Shown here in pieces: positions 36,560 through 45,560 of a stretch of 54,059 nt of DNA (the stretch's first letter is position 1; the number at the start of each line of letters is the position of its first letter). Under the pieces are notes generated by a model. That model saw only the letters and a list, made by a program, of their open reading frames with translations. It was not told the DNA's origin and did not search any database. Source of the DNA: a virus (taxonomy: Duplodnaviria; Caudoviricetes). The translations under genes and the position numbers were made by a program. The stretch covers positions 1-54,059 of the IMG/VR virus record IMGVR_UViG_3300030107_001798. The stretch is one strand, 5' to 3'.

Positions 36560-39169
36560 TTAAAGTTTCTTTTCTAATTCTTCTACTTTCGCAGATAATT
36601 CTTGAACTGCTCTGACAAGATACATATTTAAATCATGTGGCGTAAACTGTAAAACATCTTTTAGTAATACTTCTTTTTCTTCTTCTACATCACCTACGCC
36701 TTCAACAATAATTTTTTCAAGATTCCCAGCTATATTAACAGCGTCAGGAAATACCTCTTTATATTCCTGAGCTATGAATGAATTATATTTTTTTGAAGAG
36801 CTTAACTCTGGATGTAGTTCAAGATATTCATCTGTATAATTAAAAGAAACAGGTCGTAATTTATTTATTTTATCAAGCCCATTTTCAATAGTCTGAATAT
36901 TGGTTTTGATTCTTTCATCAGATGTATTTGTCCAAGCTGTTCCTGTACTTAATCCAGCCGTACCAGTAACATCTAGTTTGTGCGAACCCCCAGGGGTCAT
37001 TGCAATCCCTAAATTACCAGAAGAATCAATACGGAGAGCTTCGCCAGTTCCATTAGTCCTCATTGTCAAATGGTCGCCATTATTATTATATCCTATTATA
37101 CCTCTATCACTATCAGCTGTATCACCAAAAATAATTTGTGCTTGACCATTTGTTCCAGTTGTAATAGCAAAAGTTGCTCCATCACCAGCTGCGCTTGAAT
37201 TACTTAATACCATTCCTATTTCGCTACTAACATAGCTTGGAACAGCAGATGGAGTATCCATTGCAATGTTTAATTTTCCTGTTGGAGAAGTTGTACCAAT
37301 TCCGACCCCACCTGATTTTAAAATCATTGTAGTGTTTAAATTACCACCATTCATTGTCCTAAAATGCAGTTCTCCATCTTCCGAGGTATCAGCTACATCT
37401 ATCGCTCTACCATAAATTGTTGCATACTCTGTTTCTTCAGGCGTACCAGCGTTATTCATCAACTTAAATCTTAAAGTACCAGTAATATCATTATTGGTTG
37501 CTGCACCAGTATTAACAAATACCACTTGGGGACTATTTACATTATCACCTGTGTTTTCTAATTTAATTACTGGCTTACCTTCAGCAGATGATTTTATGTG
37601 CAATAATTCATCTGGAGCTGTTTCGCCAATCCCAATATTACCTCCACCATCTATTGTCATTGGATTTAAGACAGTACCGCTTGAATTTTCTGTATAAAAC
37701 TCAATATTACCATCATGATGTTGATTCTTAATTTGTAAATTATTGTATTTACATAATATTACTTGGTTATCGCTTCCACCAGTACCTTCGGAATAAATAC
37801 GATAATTACTATCACCAATATAAAGCTGACCTTTAACTTCAGTTGTTCCACCAGAATGAATCCTCAGTCTTTCAGCAGGTGTTCCAGATGCTGATGTGTA
37901 AAAAAGAAGGTCTCCATCAGATGTTCCAGAGCCAGTTTTAGTTTCAAGATATACTAAGTCATCTTGGCTACCAGCTCTATTACCCATATATAACCTTGCC
38001 ACAGCAGTACTTCCACTATCAGTATGTCCTATGATTTCCACAGAACCTATATCTTCTGAATTACCACCAAGAACAGTTAGTGCCATTGCAGTAGAGTTAT
38101 AGTTAGGTGATGATGTTCCTATACCGACATTACCAGTGTCTGTAATCCTCATCTTCTCTGTTCTATTGCCATCTAAAACTGTCATAAAGTTCATATATGT
38201 ATGGCGATTACCACTTGAGTTACCCCATTCTGTTACTCCAGCTCCTATTGAACCCATATCTGCTATGCTTGTGCCACTATGATATTTAGACCAAAGAATT
38301 TCACCAATCGTACTTGCTGAAGTATCATCATCTGCATCTAATATTTGAAGATAAGCTGTTTGCGCTCCGTCTGCTCCGTCTTGTGAAAGTGATAATAATT
38401 TTTGAGGTGCATTAGTACCTATTCCGACATTGCCATCTTCATTAATTCTTATTCTTTCTCCAAGACCATCTGAATTGCGAGTTTTAAAAACTATATCGCC
38501 ATAATTATTAGCACTTCCTCGTTCTCCAAAAATAGCCGCATAATAATTAGCATGGTCATTATAAAATTGTATTTCAGCCGCATCTTGCCCGTCACTACCT
38601 CTAGCTGCTTTTAACATTAATATAGCAGAATTACTTGTGCCTCCAGTTTCATCTATTGAAATACTACCAGTAACATGAAGTTTATTAGCAGGAGATATAG
38701 TGCCAATCCCAACATCTCCATCTCCCATAACAGTTACTAAATCTGTACCAAGATTTCCAATTTGAAAAACTGTCTCATCGCTTCCTAATGCTGCGTGACT
38801 TGTTCCATTTTTCCTTGAACCTCTTATTTCTACAGCGGGAACTGCATCTGTTGGGTTAGTCGAGCCAATAGTACCATACATTTGAATACCAATACCAGCC
38901 GCATCGTCAGACATTCCCCTAATTAAAATTCCACCATTAGTGCCATGTAATTGCTCTATCGAACCATAAGCATTGGTTAAACCAAGCCCTGTCATTCCAT
39001 GAGCAACATTACTATCAAGATACATTACATTTCCATATATTGCTTCATCATATGAATATGTATTGCTACCAGGATTTACAGTTAAATCACCTGTAATGGT
39101 AACATCTCCAGATATTGTACCACCTGAAGATATTGCATTTGCTGTTGTTGATATAATGCTACTTTTCAT
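36560..39169 (-). CDS. Tail fibre with a C-terminal peptidase S74 intramolecular chaperone
   Basis: Repeated GNVGIGT motifs; TSDERIKTNI...LRPVSFNY...IAQE...AVQELS. Confidence 0.9.
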   Translation of the reverse strand: MKSSIISTTANAISSGGTISGDVTITGDLTVNPGSNTYSYDEAIYGNVMYLDSNVAHGMTGLGLTNAYGSIEQLHGTNGGILIRGMSDDAAGIGIQMYGTIGSTNPTDAVPAVEIRGSRKNGTSHAALGSDETVFQIGNLGTDLVTVMGDGDVGIGTISPANKLHVTGSISIDETGGTSNSAILMLKAARGSDGQDAAEIQFYNDHANYYAAIFGERGSANNYGDIVFKTRNSDGLGERIRINEDGNVGIGTNAPQKLLSLSQDGADGAQTAYLQILDADDDTSASTIGEILWSKYHSGTSIADMGSIGAGVTEWGNSSGNRHTYMNFMTVLDGNRTEKMRITDTGNVGIGTSSPNYNSTAMALTVLGGNSEDIGSVEIIGHTDSGSTAVARLYMGNRAGSQDDLVYLETKTGSGTSDGDLLFYTSASGTPAERLRIHSGGTTEVKGQLYIGDSNYRIYSEGTGGSDNQVILCKYNNLQIKNQHHDGNIEFYTENSSGTVLNPMTIDGGGNIGIGETAPDELLHIKSSAEGKPVIKLENTGDNVNSPQVVFVNTGAATNNDITGTLRFKLMNNAGTPEETEYATIYGRAIDVADTSEDGELHFRTMNGGNLNTTMILKSGGVGIGTTSPTGKLNIAMDTPSAVPSYVSSEIGMVLSNSSAAGDGATFAITTGTNGQAQIIFGDTADSDRGIIGYNNNGDHLTMRTNGTGEALRIDSSGNLGIAMTPGGSHKLDVTGTAGLSTGTAWTNTSDERIKTNIQTIENGLDKINKLRPVSFNYTDEYLELHPELSSSKKYNSFIAQEYKEVFPDAVNIAGNLEKIIVEGVGDVEEEKEVLLKDVLQFTPHDLNMYLVRAVQELSAKVEELEKKL

Positions 39170-39495
39170 GATAATACCATCCTAACTGAACAATCAGAAG
39201 TTTTACGTTCTAACCAAAGATATATAGTATCGCCTAATCCTCTAGGGATTTTTAATGAGTATATAGTATCTCCGCCCATTAAATAAAATGCATTAGCTGG
39301 GGCTAAAGCATCTGCGCTAGAATCTGTAAAATCAAAATATAAATCCTCATCAGTCATTATGTGAACTGTATGATAAGATGATACATCAACTGATTCTGCT
39401 GAACTACCAACAGTGTTTACGGATTGAAGTGACCAAACAGCAGCTGAATCTGCATTTAAAGATTCGTGAGCTCTGAATTTTTGTAGATTTGCCAT
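39166..39495 (-). CDS. Small virion structural protein
   Basis: ORF track; AAGGAG SD; position. Confidence 0.6.
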   Translation of the reverse strand: MANLQKFRAHESLNADSAAVWSLQSVNTVGSSAESVDVSSYHTVHIMTDEDLYFDFTDSSADALAPANAFYLMGGDTIYSLKIPRGLGDTIYLWLERKTSDCSVRMVLS

Positions 39496-39559
39496 ATAAT
39501 CTCCTTTATTTGTTTAGTTGTCTTGCGAGGCGAGATGTCTCCTTATACAACTTAAATTT

Positions 39560-40252
39560 TTATTTTACTGCGAAAGGCCCGGCTGGAAACGTGACTGATA
39601 TGTTCCTTTTGTTACTTTCGTTGTCGCCTAATTTACTATAAAACTCTTTCATAAAATATTCTTTTTTATCCATTTCACCATTTCTTTCTGCTAACATTGC
39701 TTTGCAATAATCTAAAACTGCAAGACAAAGCATTTTATTAAGGTTAATATGGGATGTGGAATCTGGAGAAGAAACTTCTTTTGGGATTTGTGTAATAGAA
39801 ATTCTTTCGCTTGCTGTTTCAGCTGTAAATGTACCAGTTGCAAGTGTTAAGGTTCCTGCGCTTGCGCTTCCAGAAAGAGTATAATCACCATCATTGCTAG
39901 CAGAACCTCTTATTCTTATTTTATCTCCGTCTGCAAAATCACCTAATCCAGAAGCAGTATCAGTTATAGTATCTGAACCACCTCCTCCATCTACAAAAGC
40001 GATTCCAGTTCCACTTGCATATGCAGTTGTTGTTTCTAATGCTTCAGTTACAAATGGTTCACTAACTCTTGTATATTCTATTCTTAATCCTTCAGAAATA
40101 TCTTCATCTGGATACATTAATTCTTTATCGTAAGATTGAAATACTCCAGATTGAGTGATTCTTTGAGTGCTAGAACCACCTTGCATCTTGTATATAAGAA
40201 TTTCCCTACCTCTTAAATAATAAAACCATTCTCTATCGACATATGAACTCAT
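39560..40252 (-). CDS. Putative head-tail connector protein
   Basis: Position; C-terminal LAVLDYCKA...YF helix; central beta insertion. Confidence 0.55.
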   Translation of the reverse strand: MSSYVDREWFYYLRGREILIYKMQGGSSTQRITQSGVFQSYDKELMYPDEDISEGLRIEYTRVSEPFVTEALETTTAYASGTGIAFVDGGGGSDTITDTASGLGDFADGDKIRIRGSASNDGDYTLSGSASAGTLTLATGTFTAETASERISITQIPKEVSSPDSTSHINLNKMLCLAVLDYCKAMLAERNGEMDKKEYFMKEFYSKLGDNESNKRNISVTFPAGPFAVK

Positions 40253-40539
40253 GGCGAAATATCCTCTGCTAAGTAATGTGGTTGTGAAGTAAGTCTGCGA
40301 ATCTTTTTAAACTTACTATCACTTGTATCTTTTATTGATATGTTTTCTATAGAAACTAAATCAGATGGAAGTATATATATATTATCTTCACTTCCAACAG
40401 ATTTTATTAAATCCCTTTTAGCAACTTCAACTTTTTCTTTTGTATTACTTTGTATTAAGTGAATAGCATCTTTTACCCAAGCTTGAACAAGAGTTTCTTC
40501 CTTAATTCCAAGCCTTTCCATTACTTCTAAAACAGTCAT
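40249..40539 (-). CDS. Putative neck protein
   Basis: MTVLEVMERL...YILPSDLVSI resembles adaptor N-termini. Confidence 0.5.
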   Translation of the reverse strand: MTVLEVMERLGIKEETLVQAWVKDAIHLIQSNTKEKVEVAKRDLIKSVGSEDNIYILPSDLVSIENISIKDTSDSKFKKIRRLTSQPHYLAEDISP

Positions 40540-41036
40540 TAATCTACCACCAAATATTCTACAGCCAAATGACCAGCACTTGTATTGTTGCTACCATCTG
40601 TATCTACTGTTCTTACATGAAGGCCAGTGCAATCCAGTCCAGCATTATCATCTTTAAACACAAGACATTCACCAGCGTCTAAAACAGAAATAAGAGTACT
40701 CCCAACCATTACTTTTAAAGATTTGCTTAAAGAAGCTCCTAGAGCAGTTGCAGAACTATATGTATATCCAGTGTTTTTTAAAAATACAAAAGTAGCTGAA
40801 CTTTCTGAGCTTATATCTGTTGTGTCAGCTGAGTCTATTGCTTCACGATAGTTTACCGTTGCGTTTAAATATCCTTGATTATCAGCAGTCCCAGCATAAC
40901 TAGCACAAGTAGCTGTACCGCTGCCTCCTAATGATTTATTTACTTCACTTGCTATTACATAAATTGTACCAGAATTTTCATTTGTTAATTCTTCTTGTGG
41001 GGTACAACTTACTGAGTATGTTACTTTGTCAGCCAT
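40539..41036 (-). CDS. Virion structural protein
   Basis: ORF track; Ser/Thr/Ala-rich. Confidence 0.6.
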   Translation of the reverse strand: MADKVTYSVSCTPQEELTNENSGTIYVIASEVNKSLGGSGTATCASYAGTADNQGYLNATVNYREAIDSADTTDISSESSATFVFLKNTGYTYSSATALGASLSKSLKVMVGSTLISVLDAGECLVFKDDNAGLDCTGLHVRTVDTDGSNNTSAGHLAVEYLVVD

Positions 41037-41039
41037 TTA

Positions 41040-42434
41040 TTATCTCCTTTGAGATGTTTGCGCAGCTATTGTAGCTGATATTACTTGAGAATGATTTTGT
41101 ATATATTGTTGTATTTCAGATTGAGCCCATTTATAATACTTATCCGATTCTCTTTCGTAATGTTGTATGTTTTGAACTTCATTTAATTTTTTATTAACAG
41201 TCACCTGATAATCTTGTAATTCTTGAGAATACTTTTGAAGACTTTGAGCATCTGCAGAATCTTCTAATTGAGCATTCTGAATAGATATTTGTAATTCAAC
41301 TTGATATTTTGCATTATCTTTATTGAATTGATTTAATTCATTTTGAATGTCAGAATTATATTTTTGCAATTTTAAACTATTTTCTTGTTGCCATTCCTGT
41401 ACTTGATTTGAATTATTTTGTATAATACTATTTACTTCTGATTGATAAGATTGTATTTCTGAATTATATTGATTAACCAATGATGAATCACCAGTATTTG
41501 CTTGTTGAGCATCTTGCAAAGCAATTTGCAACTTTGCTTGATATTCTGTGTTTTCTTTTGCAAAGTTAGATTGTGATTCACTTAATTTAGCTTGATACTC
41601 TCCAACTTGTGCTTGTATAGCCGCAACTCTTGAAGAAAGCATTTCTGAATCTTCTTCAGTTGTTATCCAATTTTCTACATCCGACCAATTAGGAGATTGC
41701 ATTACTGGAGGAGTATAAGTAGGAGCAGTTGCTAATTTATTTGTGTCAACTTCAGCCCCACCAGTAGAAGATGTACTTGCATTTATAACTGGAACAACTG
41801 GCTTTGATGGCAAAGTCCAATCTAATGTAGGAAATGTAGTTAATGATAAAGTTGGTTTTATGTAAGAAGGGGCAGTTTCTGTAAAGCTAACAGAATTACT
41901 AGATAGAGATGGCGCAACTGGAGGCAATATTGAACTCCAAGATGGTAAATTATCAGCAGCTAATCTAGAAAATTCTTTTGATGTTGTATAGTTAATTACT
42001 GCATTTCTTAAATCAGAATCATCATCTAATTTAGAATAATCTATATACATCACATAAATTTTGTATGTACTATCTGGGTCTGGTTTAACAATTATCCTAT
42101 TTGCATCAGCTATATAGTATTTAGGAAAAACACTTGTTGCCTTTTTTAAACTTGAACTATTATCAATAAATCCTCTATCTTCAGCCGATACTTGTTCAGC
42201 TGCGTAAGCATCTCTTCTAACTGATATAATATTATCTGTCCCCACTGGAAGAGTTACTTGTTGAGGGTCGTTATCTCCACCATGCGAAGAGGGAACGGTC
42301 TCAGAAGAAGCCCATTTTAATAAATCTTTAGGAATACTAGAAACTACATATCTCTGTGCGTCTTCTACGCTATTTGCAGTAGGAGTATTTCCTGTGTTTG
42401 CTAAAACCGTTGCTTGTATATCTGTTATTGCCAT
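41040..42434 (-). CDS. Structural protein with a Pro-rich linker and duplicated Gln-rich coiled coil
   Basis: ENTEYQAKLQIALQDAQ...QYNSEIQSYQSEVN recurs as DNAKYQVELQISIQNAQ...KYSQELQDYQVTVN. Confidence 0.65.
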   Translation of the reverse strand: MAITDIQATVLANTGNTPTANSVEDAQRYVVSSIPKDLLKWASSETVPSSHGGDNDPQQVTLPVGTDNIISVRRDAYAAEQVSAEDRGFIDNSSSLKKATSVFPKYYIADANRIIVKPDPDSTYKIYVMYIDYSKLDDDSDLRNAVINYTTSKEFSRLAADNLPSWSSILPPVAPSLSSNSVSFTETAPSYIKPTLSLTTFPTLDWTLPSKPVVPVINASTSSTGGAEVDTNKLATAPTYTPPVMQSPNWSDVENWITTEEDSEMLSSRVAAIQAQVGEYQAKLSESQSNFAKENTEYQAKLQIALQDAQQANTGDSSLVNQYNSEIQSYQSEVNSIIQNNSNQVQEWQQENSLKLQKYNSDIQNELNQFNKDNAKYQVELQISIQNAQLEDSADAQSLQKYSQELQDYQVTVNKKLNEVQNIQHYERESDKYYKWAQSEIQQYIQNHSQVISATIAAQTSQRR

Positions 42435-42450
42435 ATAATTTTTAGTTTAT

Positions 42451-42476
42451 GTGTAGGGGGCCGAAGCCCCCCACAC
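42451..42476 (-). terminator. GC-rich cUUCGg hairpin after the capsid genes
   Basis: Minus strand GTGTGGGGGGC-TTCG-GCCCCCTACAC; no U-tract follows. Confidence 0.6.
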
Positions 42477-42518
42477 TAGTTTATCTTTATATCGTGTTAT
42501 TACCTCACGAACTTCAGA

Positions 42519-43043
42519 TTATAATGGGTCGTTAGAATCAGTTGGAGGTGATGTATTAGCAGAAGCTGTTCCTACTGCCCATCCATCTTGGTCGTTCGTA
42601 GTTCCACGAACATACCATTTTCCACCAGCTGCGAAGATGTGAACTTGGTCTCCAGCTGCTCCTTTAGAAGCTGCTAAAGTAAGTTGGTCATGCGAACTTC
42701 CATTAAAGTCAATACCGACATCATTAGTACCTTCTAATGAATCAATACTTCCAATAAAAAAGTCCTTACCATCTTCAGCGTCAATGTCAAAATCACCAGT
42801 ACCATTAGCAGCAGTTAGGAGGAATGTATATTCCAATCCATCACTATCTGCTGATGCTAAGCTAGGGAGACTGCAAGCAGCTGCTCCATTAACTCCACCA
42901 CTGATTACAACAGTAATACCACTATCTTGAGGTGCTAAGCTTAAAGCAGTGGCTCCGTCATTCATAATGACTTTACCAGAAGCTCTTTTTATTTGCTTAG
43001 CGTGTTTATTCAGACCATATAGAGGGGGTATGTTTTTAGCCAT
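42519..43043 (-). CDS. Putative capsid decoration protein
   Basis: Directly after the major capsid gene; DSG...LP...GLEYTF beta-rich pattern. Confidence 0.6.
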   Translation of the reverse strand: MAKNIPPLYGLNKHAKQIKRASGKVIMNDGATALSLAPQDSGITVVISGGVNGAAACSLPSLASADSDGLEYTFLLTAANGTGDFDIDAEDGKDFFIGSIDSLEGTNDVGIDFNGSSHDQLTLAASKGAAGDQVHIFAAGGKWYVRGTTNDQDGWAVGTASANTSPPTDSNDPL

Positions 43044-43053
43044 GATTTACCTC

Positions 43054-44583
43054 CTATTTCCAGACCGCGTGTGCTTCGGGCATTTCCCATTGCATACCGG
43101 CCTCGGTTTGAATTAAGTCAACCCTTCGGTCAACACCACTATTCTCTAGAGTTTGAACTCCAACATAAACTGCAGTATCGCGATTTAAGCCATTACCGAC
43201 CAATGGTCTGTATTTGACATATTTCATATTTACTCCAACTATGCTTACATGAGTTCCGTCAAGGTGAACATTACGAGCCATATTCATTACACCATAAGGA
43301 GTATGAAATTGTGTAATATCTACACCGAAAACGTTTTTCTTGTTTCCAATAGAGAAGTCAGCTCTAGCCATTGAACTAGCAAGAGTTCCAACATCTTTCA
43401 TGTTCTGACTAAAGTATCCACTTAATTTATGCATCCAATTATATACTTCAGTTGAACACATAAATAATGTAGCAGCTGCATTATTGTATCTTGGGTCAAG
43501 AAAACTACTCATATCATCAAGAAAATCATCTTGAGACTTGGATGTACTCCAAGAGAATACGTTTCCATAATTAAGAGCAAAGTCAACCGCTCCTTGAGTG
43601 TATTGTACACCATCAATAGATGCTTGAGAGCCAAACAATAATGATGTTTCAATATCCCATTTATGTTCGATTAACTTTTCTCTCCAGATTCTTGCAAACT
43701 CATTAGGTTCATACTTCAAAACAGTTGCACGAGTTGTGTTGTCCATTGCCATTGAAGTTTTGAAGATTTGAGTTAGCCCAAAACCTGTGGAGAAAGGTTG
43801 GTCTTTCCAAGTTTCTGGATAACCAGTTCCTTGTCCGTGAGCTGAACCAATAACGTAGGTTCTTTTTGCTTCAAGAGAAGAATGAATAGATTCGTCATAT
43901 ACTTGAGTATCTACATCATCGCTTGACCATCCAGCTAAATAATTCGCACCAGAAACAGTTGGAACACGAACAACTGAACAATCCAATTGTACACATTCAC
44001 GACTATCTTTAGTCAAATTATCAGTAACTGCATCAACTTTACAAATTAAATGGTCAGCTACAGCTCCACCACCATCAGTTGATGATAAAGGAACTTTAAT
44101 TACTTGGCCCGGTAAGAAAAAATCAGGCCTTGTTCCAGAAGCTCCAACTGCGATTGCATTTGTTGATTGACCATAAACATTCTGAATATTTCCAGAAGAT
44201 TTATAATCTGTTGCCATATATAACTTAACAGTATCTCCAGTTGACATTGAAGTTGGAGCGGCTCCATCGTTGTATGCTACTAAATCAGCATCACCGCCTG
44301 TTCCACCAACAACTTGTGTATTGTCGTTTTCAATCCATCCAGTTACATATGCATATCTTTTATGATATGACGGACGACGCTCAGTGAATTTAAATTCTGG
44401 GTCATCCGTAGGTTTTTTAGCAACTTTAGTTACAAATCGGAAAAAAGGGTCTTGCGCTATTGATAGTTCAGAAACCCTGTCTCCAAAATTGTATTTTCTT
44501 CTAAGGTCACCAGTATCTTTGCTAGTACCATCAGACCAACTTTGTACGTCTGAATATGTACCTAGACTAAATACGTCTGCCAT
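43054..44583 (-). CDS. Major capsid protein
   Basis: Follows portal and scaffold; TQIFKTS, EHKWDIETSLLFG and TEAGMQW...AHAV patterns. Confidence 0.85.
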   Translation of the reverse strand: MADVFSLGTYSDVQSWSDGTSKDTGDLRRKYNFGDRVSELSIAQDPFFRFVTKVAKKPTDDPEFKFTERRPSYHKRYAYVTGWIENDNTQVVGGTGGDADLVAYNDGAAPTSMSTGDTVKLYMATDYKSSGNIQNVYGQSTNAIAVGASGTRPDFFLPGQVIKVPLSSTDGGGAVADHLICKVDAVTDNLTKDSRECVQLDCSVVRVPTVSGANYLAGWSSDDVDTQVYDESIHSSLEAKRTYVIGSAHGQGTGYPETWKDQPFSTGFGLTQIFKTSMAMDNTTRATVLKYEPNEFARIWREKLIEHKWDIETSLLFGSQASIDGVQYTQGAVDFALNYGNVFSWSTSKSQDDFLDDMSSFLDPRYNNAAATLFMCSTEVYNWMHKLSGYFSQNMKDVGTLASSMARADFSIGNKKNVFGVDITQFHTPYGVMNMARNVHLDGTHVSIVGVNMKYVKYRPLVGNGLNRDTAVYVGVQTLENSGVDRRVDLIQTEAGMQWEMPEAHAVWK

Positions 44584-44625
44584 TTGTTTACCTCATAATT
44601 AAGGGTTAATGGCTTTTAATATTAC

Positions 44626-45498
44626 TTAAATACCAAAAGCCTTTTCAAGTTCATTGGTCGAACCCAAAATGGCATCAAAGACTGAATCGTCTGGAGACTG
44701 TTCTGTTTGAGTACTTCCTTGCGTTGCAAGTGTACCCGGTTGTTGCTGAACTTCTTTCATTTTGTTCTGCAATTCTTGTCTTGCATTGTCAGCTATTTTT
44801 CCATCCCTGTTTTTACGATTCATTAGATAATAAATATCATCAAGTTCAAGAGATTTAGATTTCGCAAATTCTACAAATTTAGACCATTGTTCGTCATTCA
44901 TTTCATGCTTTTGACGAAAATTAGTTTCTTTTGCCAGTTTTTGATTTTCTTGCTTTTGCCCTTGTAAAGCACTATTCAACCTTCTTTGGACTACTCCATC
45001 AATGGTTGCTCCTAGCACTCTAGCTGAATCAGATTCAGGTTTTTGGAAAGCTTCATCTGCATCAAAGACAAAGTCTTCATCCAAATTCAACTTTTCAGTC
45101 ATCGTTTGTGGGGTTTGACCACCACCCTCAAAATAATTTCTCACATGAGTAATTAAATTAGGGTCTTCTCGCATAGCGTCAAGAATCGGCATATAAGGCT
45201 CTAGCTCGTTAAGCTTTCCATTTAGCCTTTTAGCTTCTCTACTTGAATCACTATACCTTTTTTGTAAAGTATCCATATCATTATTGGATTCTTCTACCTG
45301 AACTTCTGCATTAGGGCTCGACTGCGTGTTACCGCTTTGTTCCGAGGTTGGTTGCGAAGGTTCTTCTAATATTCCACCATTGACTTGGTTATCCAATGCT
45401 TCAAAAAAATCATCAGATGTTGCACTCATTTCAACAACGGAATCTTGTACGCTTGTACTTTCGGGGGCTTCAACAGCGTTACCTACTTGTTCTGACAT
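44626..45498 (-). CDS. Capsid scaffolding protein
   Basis: Acidic N-terminus; KRYSDSSREAKRL coiled coil; lies between portal and capsid. Confidence 0.75.
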   Translation of the reverse strand: MSEQVGNAVEAPESTSVQDSVVEMSATSDDFFEALDNQVNGGILEEPSQPTSEQSGNTQSSPNAEVQVEESNNDMDTLQKRYSDSSREAKRLNGKLNELEPYMPILDAMREDPNLITHVRNYFEGGGQTPQTMTEKLNLDEDFVFDADEAFQKPESDSARVLGATIDGVVQRRLNSALQGQKQENQKLAKETNFRQKHEMNDEQWSKFVEFAKSKSLELDDIYYLMNRKNRDGKIADNARQELQNKMKEVQQQPGTLATQGSTQTEQSPDDSVFDAILGSTNELEKAFGI

Positions 45499-45524
45499 AC
45501 TATCTCCTATTTTAGAGTTTTGTT

Positions 45525-45554
45525 AATTTAATAGATATTTTATCTAATGTTCAA
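45525..45554 (-). promoter_or_regulatory. Putative scaffold/capsid promoter with an operator-like inverted repeat
   Basis: Minus strand TTGAAC-N18-TAAATT; TAGATA-N3-TATCTA at 45532-45546. Confidence 0.55.
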
Positions 45555-45560
45555 GTTGTA

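Noticed and set aside
36560-39169. Diversity-generating retroelement target or invertible fibre cassette
   Set aside because: No reverse transcriptase, invertase or duplicated template region seen; the GNVGIGT repeats are ordinary fibre repeats
42519-43060. Read-through fusion of the capsid protein with the next gene
   Set aside because: Another in-frame stop follows within three codons, and the next gene has its own AGGAGG SD
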